DNA of 62,944 nt, the filler included, from Hyphochytrium catenoides (lineage: Eukaryota > Protista > Hyphochytriomycota): assembly GCA_900088475.1 (NCBI GenBank). It is 5 parts of 5 records of this genome, joined end to end, with 100 filler letters (N's around TTAATTAATTAA, not from the genome) between each part and the next. Parts side by side here need not be neighbours in the genome. Positions count along the whole stretch, not along the records: positions 19,140 to 31,116 come from FLMG01004568.1; positions 31,217 to 39,618 come from FLMG01001082.1; 3 more parts are not named here. The stretch is one strand, 5' to 3'. The notes beneath the pieces were generated by a model that worked only from the letters and a program-made list of their open reading frames with translations, was not told the origin of the DNA and made no database searches. The stretch's first letter is position 1, and the number at the start of each line of letters is the position of its first letter. Below, piece after piece: positions 20,641 through 32,128 of this stretch. Made by a program: the position numbers and the translations under genes.

Positions 20641-23600
20641 CTATCGCTATCTCTCTCTCTTCTCTCTGTCTGTGTGTGCGGTGTCTCGCTCTCTGCCCCT
20701 CTTCACGCCCACATGCGGTTCGATTTCTATCTATGTATGCGTTTCGGCCATCCTCCCTTGAATCTCTCTCTCTCTTTTTGTCAGGTCTAATGTCTCTTTC
20801 TCGCTCTCTTCTGTTTGCCCATAACTTCTGCTCCCCTACAGGTCGCCAGTGGTTGTCTTCGCCCTGGAGAGAGAGAATGCAGTGAAGGAGCTGAGGGAGT
20901 TGGTAGGGCCTTATCCTACTCCTGAGGGAGAAGAGAGAAAAGAGAGAGAAGAGAGAGAAAGAAAAGAGAGAGAACAGAAGGATAAGGAGAACAAAGGCGA
21001 CGGGAGAAGAAAGGGAGAGAAAGAGCAGAGGGGAAATGACGAGCTAACTTTCAGGTGATGAGCCTCGCGCTTCTCTCTCTTCTCTTTCTGTGTGTCTATC
21101 CGCCGCGCGGGATCTCTCCCTCCATCCTCTCTCTCTCTTCTCCTCCCGCTTCTCCCTCTATCTTCGTCTCTCTTTCCTTTTTTCTTCGGGTTCTCTCTTT
21201 CCCTCGGTCTGTCTCCTACCTTGTGCTATTACGGGCACCTTTTCCAGTCTTTGCCAATTATTGGTCCCTCTCTCTGTCTTCTCTCGCTCCGTCTCTTACC
21301 CATCCTTTGCTCCTCTCCTCTCTCCCATAACCACTCACTTTCTCTTCTTTTCTTCTCTCTCTCTCTCTCTCTCTCTCCAAATCTCTCTTGCTCTCTCTCT
21401 CTCTCTCTTTCTTTCTCTGTCGTCTATCTTTGTTCTAGAGCTCGTTTCGGTCGCGGTCTGATAGCTGTCGGAGTCCGAGCGAGTATGTCTGATGAGTTGG
21501 CCGAGGAGGAGATGAGACTACTTTTTGGTCAGTAGAAGAAGAGAGTTTTAGAAAGAGAGAGAGAGAAAGAGAGAGAAAAGAAGGAGAGAGGGACAGAGTG
21601 AACATGAGGAGAGAGAAAGAGGGAGAAAGACGGGAGGGGACTCCAAAGAAAATAGGGTCATAAGAACAGAGAACACAAAGAGGGGAGAGGAGAGGGGGAT
21701 AGGGCAGAGGAAGAGAGAGTTCGAGTGAGGGAGAGAGAAAAATGAAAGGAAAGAGAGGAGAGAACGTATAGAATAAGAGGAGACAGGGAGAGAGTTAACA
21801 TCGGAAAAAGAGAGGGAGCAAAGATAAACCTATATATGGACAGGGGGAGGGAGAGAGAGAGAAAGAAAGAAAAAGAGAGAGAGAGAGAGAGAGAGAGATT
21901 GCTGCCGCCTAAGGTGTGACTGGTTCGCAGGTCATGGTGGCCACGCCTCTGTCAGCGATGCCAAAGAAAGTTGGTCTCTCAGTCCAGGACACCGTCACGC
22001 AAAAGAACAGCCAACGGTAAACCCTTAATTCAATCCCACTCCTTCCTTGTCTTTCTCTCTCCTTCTCTCGTTCTCTGTATCTCCTTCTCTCTCTCTGTGT
22101 CGCTCTCTGTTGTCTTTCTCTCATGTCTCTCTCTCTTGTCTCTCTCTCTCTCTGTCTTAGCCTCCCTCTCTAGCCATCGCCAACCATCTCACTCTTTTGG
22201 GTTTCCCTCTTCTCCTTACTTAGCTTCCCTTCCTTAGTGTTTGAGTCTCTTTCTTTCCTTCTCTTTCTCTTTTCTTATCCCCAGGCATGTTCCTGTTCCT
22301 CTCTCTGTAGTATGTCTTTGTCTCTCAATTCTATGGCTTTCCATTCCCTAATCCTCCCTCTCTCTCTTCCTCTCTCTCTCGCTCTCTCTCGCTCTCTCTC
22401 GCTCGCTCGCTCGTTCTCTCTATCTGTCTGGTGGCTGAAAGGTGTCAGAATCTTCTCTTCTGGAGTTTCTCTTTCCCCCATCGCTTCAGCATCCAAAGAG
22501 CACGGGCCGTCTCTTCCTCCTCGGACTTTACGGCCCGCTGGACTCACAGAACAGGATCCGAAGCGGAGAGAAAGGAGGACATGGTCCGAGACTCTCCTTT
22601 TGTTTGTGTCTGTTACCGCTGTTACTTTCTCTCTCTCTCCCTCCTTCCCCCTCTGTCTCTTTCTCTCGCCCTCACCTCTCGCTCTCGCATCCTTTGGATC
22701 TGTTTCTCAGTCGTCATGTCCTCAACCTTTCTGTTTATCTTGTCTCCTCTCTCTCTCTCTCTCCTAGTACTTTCTCTCTCTCTCTCTCACTCTCTCTCCT
22801 TCTCACGCTCTCGCATTTTTTGTTCTGTTTCTCAGTCATGATCTTCCCTTCCCCCTTCTGTTTATCTGGTTGCCGCTCTCTCTTTCTCTCCTAATACTTT
22901 CTCTCCTAATACTTTCTCTCCTAATACTTTCTCTCTCTCTTTTTCGCTCTCTCTTTCTTACAAATCAGTTCTTAGCCAGCGGGAGATGGATGTGATGTGC
23001 GAGGCGATAGAGAGAGAAGATATTCTCGCAGCTTATGGAGCCGTCGGCCTCAGCGTGGAAGAGGTGGGAAACAGACAGTTAGACACTATAGTTCTCTTAG
23101 GCTCTCTCTTTCTTTTGCCTCTCTCTCTTGTTGCCTCCCTCTCTCTCTCTCTCACTGTGTCTCTTTCTCATGTGTCACTCTCTCTCGTGCACTCGGTCTC
23201 TCCTCTTCTTTCCCTTCTCTCCTCGCGTCAAGAATCCATCCGACAGCCGTAGCTTCTTTTGCCTTTCCTGCAGACTTTAGGCCTTCTTCTAAAATCTTCC
23301 CATCTCTCTCTTGCGCCTTTCCTCTTTCTCTAATTATTCTCCCTTTCTCTCCCTGTTTTCTCTCTCTTTTTCTCTCTCCTCCCTCACATACATACACATT
23401 CCTCCATATCTGGCTCCTTGTCGTCTCCGCCCTCTCTCTCTCTCTCTCCACGGTCTCTTTCTTTCTCTCTTCTGTCTCATCCCCTCTGTTCCTCCTCTGT
23501 CTTTCTCTCTCTCTCTTTCTCTTACCTTTCTCTCTTCCATTCCAGGAGAACGCGATACTCGCTCAGGCTGACAGTTGGATGAAGAAGCTGCCTCAGCTGC

Positions 23601-23745
23601 GGAAGGAAGAAGTGCTGGACCTTCTCTCCGCTGTCCCGAGGAATAAAGAAGGAAACATGGAGTTCAGAGATCTTCAGGAGTAAGTCCCATAACTTGATAA
23701 CAAGGGGAGAGGAGGAGTCGAGAGACAGAGAGAGAGACGAGAGAG

Positions 23746-23777
<32 letters not shown>

Positions 23778-24895
23778 ATATTGGGTACGGTCCAATCAAG
23801 ACACTTACGCCCACAGAAAGACAGAGAAAGGAGGACTTTCTCCCTGCCACGTGGCAGAGGACACAGGAAGATAGGTAGCGAGAAGTGCTAGCTCGCGGAG
23901 GATCGATGCAAGGGAGAGAAGAGAGAGAAAAGGAAGAGGAGAAGGAGAAGACTGGAGGGAGAGAGAGATAAGAAGAGAGAATCATCCGTAGAATGCCGAG
24001 CGGATAGAGGAAGAGAACATCTCTACTTCTTGGACTCGTTTCCCTTCTCACCTTCAAACGTTAGGGTCATTGCAGACTTTAGGAGAGAGCGCCTCGCTAT
24101 GCTGAAGGGTAAAGGGCCCCTGCCAGGGAAGAAACAATCGTATGTATCGTGCTTTATTTTTATCTCTCTCTCTCTTCCCTTTCTTTCGCCTTTATAAGAC
24201 CTTACTCTCTCTTTCCCAACTGTTCGTCTCCAACTCCTTTTCTCTCTCGTGATGTCTCTCCCTATCTTTGTTCTCTCTGATTTTGACCACGGTTCTCTCA
24301 GGAACGGGAGCTATAGGAGGCCCAGCCCTCTGGAGGACGGAGATGAAGAGAAAGAGGAAGGAGAGAGAAGAGAGAAAGGAGGAGAAGATGCGATGATGGT
24401 TCATCGACTCCTGCATCGCCACGCCTACAAGCTCTGTCCTATCGAAGAGATAAACAACCAAGCCATCACACAAAATGTCAAGCTGCTGAGGGAAGAGAGG
24501 AATCGCAAGGGGAAGGAACAGGTTAATCTCTCTCTCTCTCTCTCTCTCTTTGTCTTCTTTCTTCTCTTTCTTCTCTCTCCGGGTCATAGTTTTCTTAGCT
24601 CTATAGCCCTTTAAGAGTTCTCTTTCACCTTTTTCTCCCTCTCGATGTGTCTCTTTTTTCTCTCCTCTCTCTTCGATGTTCTGTACTTTGAGAGCTTCTT
24701 GGCAATGTACCAGCACGTCTCCCTCTCTCATCACTTCCCAATGGCCTGCATAACACGCTATAGACCCAAGAAAGACACTGAACAAATGCCTTGTTGCTGT
24801 CTCTCTCTCTCTTCTTCAATCACCAGTGGGACGACACATGTTGCCTGCAGCAGGTTAACCGCGGCTCTTACGTGAAGAGGAAAGAGAAGCCTTAA
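19781..24895 (+). CDS. NDK-like (catalytically degenerate) domain protein with C-terminal EF-hand-like region, ~11 exons
   Basis: Phase-consistent exons 19781-20043, 20278-20541, 20842-21054, 21439-21527, then exons near 21931, 22442, 22969, 23546, 24065, 24302, 24827; TAA at 24893-24895. NDK motifs HSLLLLQPEA..GFKIRQQ, LIEHLTRSPVVVFALERENAVKELRELVGP, FRARFG..SMSDELAEEEMRLLF. Confidence 0.8.
22883..22935. repeat. tandem repeat, 3 x 15 nt (tttctctcctaatac)
   Basis: Exact repeats in an intron of the NDK-like gene. Confidence 0.9.
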
Positions 24896-24947
24896 AAGAG
24901 AGGAAGAGACACCAAAGATAAGATAAACATCAACAAGCCAATTGAAA

Positions 24948-25007
<60 letters not shown>

Positions 25008-25211
25008 CCTCTTGTCTTACCAGGTACGGAAGGATAACAGAGAAGACCGACGCCGTAAGGAAGAGAGATTCTTTTTTCTGTCATTCATTATAAGGATATT
25101 TCAAAAATTAGATATACATAGTAGTGCCCTCGGACACTCACTCTCTCTCTCTCTCTTTCTCTCTCTCTTTTCTTCCTTTCCACCTCTGTCTTGGTTACCC
25201 TATCCTTTCTC

Positions 25212-27230
25212 TTAAAGCTTAGTGCTTGAGAGGAGAGACTGGCGAGGTTGCGGGTGCCCATAAGAATCCTTGCCATGGAAAGAGTGAGACGACTCTGCTG
25301 GCAGCTTCCCATTCTCCAGCGTCCGCCCATCATCTGAAATCTCTGCGTACTTAAAGTCCTTGACCACATAGACGAAGAAGACCGCTCCAAAGGCCGAGAG
25401 CCCTGCCAAGAACCAGAAGAGATAGTCCATGTGTCCATCGTTCAGATCCTCCGTCACCCAGGAGGCAAAGATGAGAGGAATGATGGCGCTGACGCCTCCA
25501 GAGATCGAGGTAGTGAAGAGATTTAGCGCCTGTGCAGTCGAGCGCACACCTTCGGGCACCTCTACATAGTTGAGGTCATAGAGAGGTACAGAGATGAGCA
25601 CCTCGGCTAGACCTATCAGGCAATAAGGGATCGCCATCCACCAGACAGAGAAATCGCTCATGATGATACCTTCCGCGCACTTTGAAGGCTCTCTGCCTAC
25701 CAGCAGCGGCCTGTTCTTCCTCACTGACTCCAGCACCGCCGTGGAGACCATCGCCAGCATCGCACAGATCATGCCCCAGAACATCTTCTGCAGAGAGGTG
25801 AACTTGGAGCCTTTGAGTCTCTCTATCATAGGATAGCCCACTGCTTCCATGATCGGGATGAAGATAACGATGGCGAGAGTGTCTCCCAGATTGAGAAAGG
25901 AGCCGTTGAGCTGCGTGTTCCCGTAGATATAGAGGTTGCATTGACAGGAGACCATGTACATATTGCTGGACATCTGATTGTACATCACCCAGAAGATAAC
26001 AGCGAAGAAGACAGGACTCCAGACGCGGAGGAACTGGTAGGCATCCAACGCCTCTTGGGCCGAGGCATGCGTCTCGACCCTCTTCTCTCTCCTTTGTCCC
26101 TCTCCTCCAGCCCCTTCCACGACACTGCTCTCTCTCTCTCCTCTTTGTCCTCCTCCAAATGCCACCAGAGTCCCTTCTTTCCTTGCCGCCTCGAGCACGT
26201 AGGTTGGATCTCTATTGAGCAGGACAATCGTGAAGAAGCCAATGATGAAGATAACGGCAGTCACATAGGTAAGGACAGTGCCATCGTCCATGAAAGACGC
26301 GACGCAGCTGAGCAGCACGGCCAGAACGATGCCCACGAGACTGCCAAACACTAGCATTCCCTTCCACGTGCCTCTCGCCGTGCGCCAGAAGAGAGCGAGA
26401 AAGTCAGTGAGGGCACTTCCGGATGGCGCCCTTTTGATATACCGCTTAGAGCCAGCAACAAAGGCGATGATCGCGATCACCCAGGCCGCTCCGCTGATGG
26501 TGAAAGAGGCGAAGAAGCCATAACTCTCAGGGATAGCACCCATACCGTTGGTGGCCATCTGGGCGAGGACCGAGTAAGAGAAGAAGGCTCCGACGTTGAT
26601 CACCCAGTAGAAGAAGTTGAAGAAGTGCTGCTGCTCTTTCTGTCCCTCGAGCGTTGAGATGTCAAACTGATCCGCGCCAAAGGTCACGACATTGGGCTTG
26701 ATGCCTCCAGCGCCGATGGCAACCAAGAGATAAAGCCCAAGCAAGAACGGAACCTTGCTCTCCACAGATGGATAAGTGCTGACAGAGATGACCACCACGC
26801 CAGCCAGATAGACCAGTCCAAAGTAGAGAATCGATCGGTAGCGACCCCAGTGAGCATCCGCCATGTACGCGCCGATCAGCGGCGTAAAGTAGACAACAGT
26901 CGTGACTGTGGAGGTCAGTGCCGCGGCCTGCGCCTTGGGATAGTTCAAGAAGTTGCTCAGATAAGCTTGGATGGAGCCCGTGATGCCATAATAACAGAGG
27001 CGCTCCGTGCATTCCATCACTAAGATTGTCAGCGTGACGTTCAGCAGGACTTTCTCATACTTTTTTGCCGGAAATCGGTCTCCGTTTGCCGCGGTGAAGC
27101 TTCCTCTTCCATCGTAAGGGAAGCGAGAAGAAGAGGAGACGGCGCCGGTGGGAGGAGGATGGTAAGGCGTGTAAGTGGGCGTCTCAGGCCGAGCTGGGTC
27201 TCCCTTGTGAGAAGCACTGGGAGGTGCCAT
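25212..27230 (-). CDS. POT/PTR family proton-dependent oligopeptide transporter (MFS), intronless
   Basis: 672 aa. ExxER motif MECTERLCYYG; GAYMADAHWGRY; GAGGIKPNVVTFGADQF; FFNFFYWVINVGA; multiple TM helices. Confidence 0.96.
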   Translation of the reverse strand: MAPPSASHKGDPARPETPTYTPYHPPPTGAVSSSSRFPYDGRGSFTAANGDRFPAKKYEKVLLNVTLTILVMECTERLCYYGITGSIQAYLSNFLNYPKAQAAALTSTVTTVVYFTPLIGAYMADAHWGRYRSILYFGLVYLAGVVVISVSTYPSVESKVPFLLGLYLLVAIGAGGIKPNVVTFGADQFDISTLEGQKEQQHFFNFFYWVINVGAFFSYSVLAQMATNGMGAIPESYGFFASFTISGAAWVIAIIAFVAGSKRYIKRAPSGSALTDFLALFWRTARGTWKGMLVFGSLVGIVLAVLLSCVASFMDDGTVLTYVTAVIFIIGFFTIVLLNRDPTYVLEAARKEGTLVAFGGGQRGERESSVVEGAGGEGQRREKRVETHASAQEALDAYQFLRVWSPVFFAVIFWVMYNQMSSNMYMVSCQCNLYIYGNTQLNGSFLNLGDTLAIVIFIPIMEAVGYPMIERLKGSKFTSLQKMFWGMICAMLAMVSTAVLESVRKNRPLLVGREPSKCAEGIIMSDFSVWWMAIPYCLIGLAEVLISVPLYDLNYVEVPEGVRSTAQALNLFTTSISGGVSAIIPLIFASWVTEDLNDGHMDYLFWFLAGLSAFGAVFFVYVVKDFKYAEISDDGRTLENGKLPAESSHSFHGKDSYGHPQPRQSLLSSTKL

Positions 27231-27250
27231 CTCTCTCTCTCTTTTGCTCT

Positions 27251-27283
<33 letters not shown>

Positions 27284-27661
27284 CTGAGGTGTTGAGGGCT
27301 TACAGCAAGCACTTGCAGCCTCTCCTCATTCAGAGGCGAAGAAGTTTCAAAAGTGAGGAGAGAAGAGAAGAGAAGACGAGCGGCAACCTTTCTTACTTGT
27401 CTCTCTTTCCGCTCTCTCGGCCTCTTCTCGTCCCAAAGTTCGGGTTCTCTCTAAAGGAGAGAAAAGAGAGAGAGAGAGGGAGAGAGGGAGAGAGGGAGAG
27501 AGAGAGGGAGAGAGAGATGACAAGGTAAAGAAAAAGGCACAGAAGCAGGAAGGGTGGTGGTGCTGAGCCACCTTCTCCTCCCATGTTCTCCTGACATCAT
27601 CTTTGAACCGCGGCTGCGTAGAAGAAGAGCCACAACCAGGATGGAGGAAGAGAGTGAGAGA

Positions 27662-27696
<35 letters not shown>

Positions 27697-27810
27697 AGAG
27701 AGAAGACAAGGAAGAAATGAGAGCGAAGAATAGGGAGGAGAGGAAGGAAAACGAAGGGTTATCATCTCATTTGGCCTTTATAAACTTCCTCTGTACGTGA
27801 TAGAACTATT

Positions 27811-27860
<50 letters not shown>

Positions 27861-27890
27861 TCCTCTTCTCTCTCTCTTCCTCTTTATTAT

Positions 27891-28056
27891 CTATCTTGAC
27901 CCTTCATCGCAAGGGGCGCACTCGAAAAAAGTTTTGCTCAGATCTTCGGAATGTCCTGCAAGAGCAAGATTTCTTAGGACGCGTCTGCGCTCATCACATA
28001 GAAGATGGAAGAAGACAGTCACCACTGGTCAGCAGCGGCACGTCACGGATGCTGAA

Positions 28057-28099
<43 letters not shown>

Positions 28100-28137
28100 G
28101 AATGCTGAATGAGAAAGAGGAACAGAGACTTGCGAGG

Positions 28138-28175
<38 letters not shown>

Positions 28176-28603
28176 AAGACCGCATGGTCAACAGTCGACA
28201 GAGCCTCTTTAGGTCAGACAGCGATCTCCTTGCCTTGACATCTCCTTATGTCTCTTCGTTTCTCTCTAGTTCTTACACAGAGCGTCTCTCTTACTCTCTC
28301 TTCTCTCTCTTCTTTCTCTTTTCTCTCTTCTCTCCTCGTAGAAGAGAGAGGCGTTGCCGCGCCGTGCAGCAGGCAAAACAGAGGCTTAGAGTTGCACCAC
28401 ATCAAGCCATCAATCAACTTCCTGCTTCCAATTCTCTCTCAACAGCTTCTTAGTCCACGGTAGACCTCGCTTCGTTCTCCTCTCTCTCTCTCTCTTCCAG
28501 CCTCGCCTTTCAAACTCATCTCTCTGTCTCGCTCTCTCTCCCTTTCTTTCTTTCTCGCTTTTGGCAGTGTGGCGCTCCTTACGCTCTTCTTTCTCTGCAT
28601 ATT

Positions 28604-28637
<34 letters not shown>

Positions 28638-28773
28638 TACGCTCTTCTTTCTCTGCATATTGCTCTCTCTCTCTCCTTCTCTCTCTCTCTCGCTCTCTCT
28701 CTCTCCTCACGCTCTATTCTGCATATTGCTCTCTCTCTCTCTCTCTCCTCACGCTCTTCTTTCTCTGCATATT

Positions 28774-28840
<67 letters not shown>

Positions 28841-30249
28841 CCCTCCCTCTCTCTCTCTCTCTCTCCCGCCATGTTATTGGCTAGTTACTCCGAGTATTTC
28901 GATCTTGTGGAGCGATAATTCCATTAGCAATGTGCTCCTATATCTCCTGGTGTCTGAAGGGAGCTATCTAGAATCCTCAGGAGACAAACGAGTTACAAAA
29001 TGAACCGTGGTTGCATAATATATATAGGGATTTCTGTATAAGATGGTTTGATTCTTATCTGTGTTTAGAGCTCTTCCACAATTGAACGTCCACTCGGTCT
29101 GGTGACCCGTCTGTTCCAATACATAGAAAATCAAAGTCTCTAAAGCGCTATTAGGAATAGAGTTGCATAAGAGCTCCAATGTTAATAATAACAGCTCTTG
29201 CATTAGGAATAATGTCATTGTTGCGGCTCTGATGATGAAGGGTAAGAAGAATGTGACACAGAATATGATCTTCTTAGGCTGATAGACCGAGAGACAGAAT
29301 TTGAAAGAGATGGATATTATGATAGGAGCAAAATGTTAACGTGGGAGACAGAGGAGAGAGAAAGAGGAACAGCGATGGCGAAGAATTGATCCAACCCAAA
29401 CAAAAGAAAGAGAAGAGACAGAGAGAGAGAGGGAGAGAGAGAGAGAGAGAAAGAGAGAGAGANNNNNNNNNNNNNNNNNNNNNNNNNNNNNNNNNNNNNN
29501 NNNNNNNGAGAGAGAGAGAGAGGAGACCTGAAGGGCAAGAACTGAATTTGCATCGAGTAGGAAGAGAGAGAGGAGGACCTGTGTGACGTGACGAGGGGAG
29601 AGAGAGAAATACTGAAAGAGGCGGAGCTGTGTGAAGTGAGTCAGAATCGCATTGGCGGGGACGATCGGGGCTGTTGGTTGGACGATGATGGCCAAAGAAG
29701 AAGAGAGAGAAGAAAAAGTGAAGAAAGGAGGGACACATCAAAGAGAGAGAGAGAGAGAGAAGAGGAGAGGGAGAGAAAGAAGAGAGAGAGAAAGAAGAGA
29801 AAGGTGCTGTGATGTCTGATAGGACGATCGGGACATGAAGAACAGGACGAGGAGGAGGAAAAGACACAGATGAGAAAAGAGGAAAGAAGAAGCTGACGGT
29901 GTAAAAAGGAGACTTTAAATGACGAGGAAGGAGAGAGAGACAGCGAAAGAGAGACGAAACAGAGATAAAGATAGTAACAGATCATCCATAAGGAAGTGTG
30001 CGCCTACTGAGAACAAGAAGGTCAGCAGAGAAAAAGCGATAGAAAGTCGGTCTTTGTAGAGCGGAGGAAAGTATTCCGGCCCATTGCAAACGATGACGAA
30101 AAGACACACTGAGGAAAGAGAAAGAGAGAAAGAAAGAGAGAGAGAAATATGGGAGGATAGGTACGTTGTGAGGAGAGAGAGAGAGAGAGCCAGAGCGGTA
30201 GAGGGCCACAGAGAGTAACCACGAAACGAGGGTGTAGATGAGACAGAGG

Positions 30250-30309
<60 letters not shown>

Positions 30310-30825
30310 TTACAAGGTTATTGATGCCGCAGAACTATTTCATAAGCAGAACATGACAGACGCGGTGCAGCACGCTGTCCTTTCCTTTTTTTATCTACGG
30401 CCTTCCTACTAGATGCTAGAAGACCCAGGAAGGGAGAGCAAAAGAGAGAGAGAAGAGCGAAGAGAAAGGCAAGAGAGAGAAGAGAGAGAGATAAGAAAGA
30501 GAGAGAGAACAATGAGAGAGAAGGAGAAACTGATCCTTGAGAGATCATCTAGCCAGAAAGGCCAAGGGAGAAGTTCTTATTCTTCCTTCTTTTTGTCCTT
30601 GGGCGAGGAAGGCGGAGGAGAGGCGGGTTGAGTGGCCGTGTGTCTCTTTCCTGTCTCTCTCTTTCCTTTCTCTCTCTCTCTCTCTCTCGGTTCTGTCAGC
30701 CCGAGCGCTGCTCTGAGTCTGGCCAGGAAGAACCTCTTTGGGTCTCTCTCTTGGACCTCCTGCAGCTCCTGAATGCACCTTTCCAAGCCTGAGCGGGCCG
30801 CATCCCGAATCGCTGACTGGTTCTC
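27891..30825 (-). CDS. unresolved candidate exons of one or two hypothetical genes
   Basis: Exon-like islands between microsatellites with AG acceptors: from 30825 ENQSAIRDAARSGLERCIQELQEVQERDPKRFFLARLRAALG; near 30110-30010 FRHRLQWAGILSSALQRPTFYRFF; 28024-27891 VTVFFHLLCDERRRVLRNLALAGHSEDL..*. I could not build a phase-consistent model. Confidence 0.3.
28577..28800. repeat. 4 copies of a ~27-nt unit separated by variable (CT)n tracts
   Basis: ctYacgctcttctttctctgcatattg near 28578, 28635, 28706 (shortened) and 28748. Confidence 0.85.
28880..29270 (-). pseudogene. possible decayed 2OG-Fe(II) dioxygenase (IPNS/DIOX-like) fragment
   Basis: AT-rich (two sampled 60-nt lines were 20/60 GC). One minus frame reads LTLHHQS..IIPNARAVIINIGALMQLYS**..LWKSSKHR*, resembling LTLLxQ / VNIGDLMQ / WKSTxHRV. 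Confidence 0.4.
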
Positions 30826-31116
30826 CTGCCACGGAGAGAGACAACATGAGAGAGACGTTCATCGAGAGAGAGAGAGAGAGAGAACTAGCGAGAGGGAGAA
30901 AAGGATGGGGAACAGAATGCGTTGCCGAGAGAGAGGAGAGAAAGAGGAGAGAGAGGGAGAGAGAGAGAGAAAAAGAGAGAGACAAGACACACGTAATGAA
31001 ATGAGACCTCTCCTTTACTAAGGCCGTACCAGAGCAAGCCCTTATTCAAGGGAGAGACATCACGAGGAAGCAGGAAAAGTCGGCGAACCGGAGGGGGAGA
31101 GAGAGAGAGAGAGAGA

Positions 31117-31216
31117 NNNNNNNNNNNNNNNNNNNNNNNNNNNNNNNNNNNNNNNNNNNNTTAATTAATTAANNNNNNNNNNNNNNNNNNNNNNNNNNNN
31201 NNNNNNNNNNNNNNNN
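31117..31216. other. artificial scaffold spacer
   Basis: 44N-TTAATTAATTAA (31161-31172)-44N. Confidence 0.98.
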
Positions 31217-31390
31217 GAGAGAGAGAGAGAGAGAGATGGGATCAGCAAGTTCTAAAAACTCGGCTTATCTCCAGTAACGGATAGAGAGGCATCGTAGTAA
31301 CGAAGAGCCGAAACAACATCAGCAAGAAGCAAAGTGACAAGCAGCGAAGAACAAGGGATTTCCTGGGGAGGTAGAGAGAAAAGGAGGGAA

Positions 31391-31424
<34 letters not shown>

Positions 31425-31562
31425 AGAGACAGGAAGAAAAGAGAGAGAGACAGACCGAGACGGAAGGAAAGAGTGCACATAGCTTAGAAGATGAAAAGGA
31501 CGCTAAGGCAGGAAGAGTAGGAAAGAGGGGAGAGTGGGAAATCAAAAGAGAGAGGCGACGAA

Positions 31563-32091
31563 CCGCGCCGCAGACAAGCAGCGGCCGAGAGGTCAGCATC
31601 CCCAGCGCTGCCATAAGAAGAGAGACATTGCAGGCCCAAAGCATCTCGTAGATGCAGTATGTGCCTATGAGGGGAAATGATGCAGAGAGAGAGAAAGAGA
31701 CAGAGAGAGAGAGTTAGAGACAGGAAGAAAAGAGAGAGAGACAGACCGAGACGGAAGGAAANNNNNNNNNGAGAGAGAGAGGGGGAGAGAGAGAGAGGGG
31801 GAGAGAGAGAGAGAGAAGCTCATGGAGAATGAGAAAGAAGGGAGAATGTCCGTCGGTATCGGGCTCTCACTCACCGTGTTGCGCGACTCTCATGGTCCCA
31901 AGCCATAGATAATAGCCCAGGAGGAAGAGGGCAATGCTCCTAAAGATACGAGTCAGAGTGAGAGACAGAGTGACATTGCCCAGAGACTATAGCACAGGAT
32001 GGCATGACGTACGAGGTATTGAAGGAGAGAGAGTGATCGAATAATTAGGAAGGAGAGGAGAGAGGGGTAACAGAAGATAGGAAGGCGGGAC

Positions 32092-32128
<37 letters not shown>

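Noticed and set aside
28577-28800. CRISPR-like repeat-spacer array (also considered for 8687-8861 and 39115-39254)
   Set aside because: The spacers are (CT)n or absent, there are no cas genes, and the context is eukaryotic; these are minisatellites.
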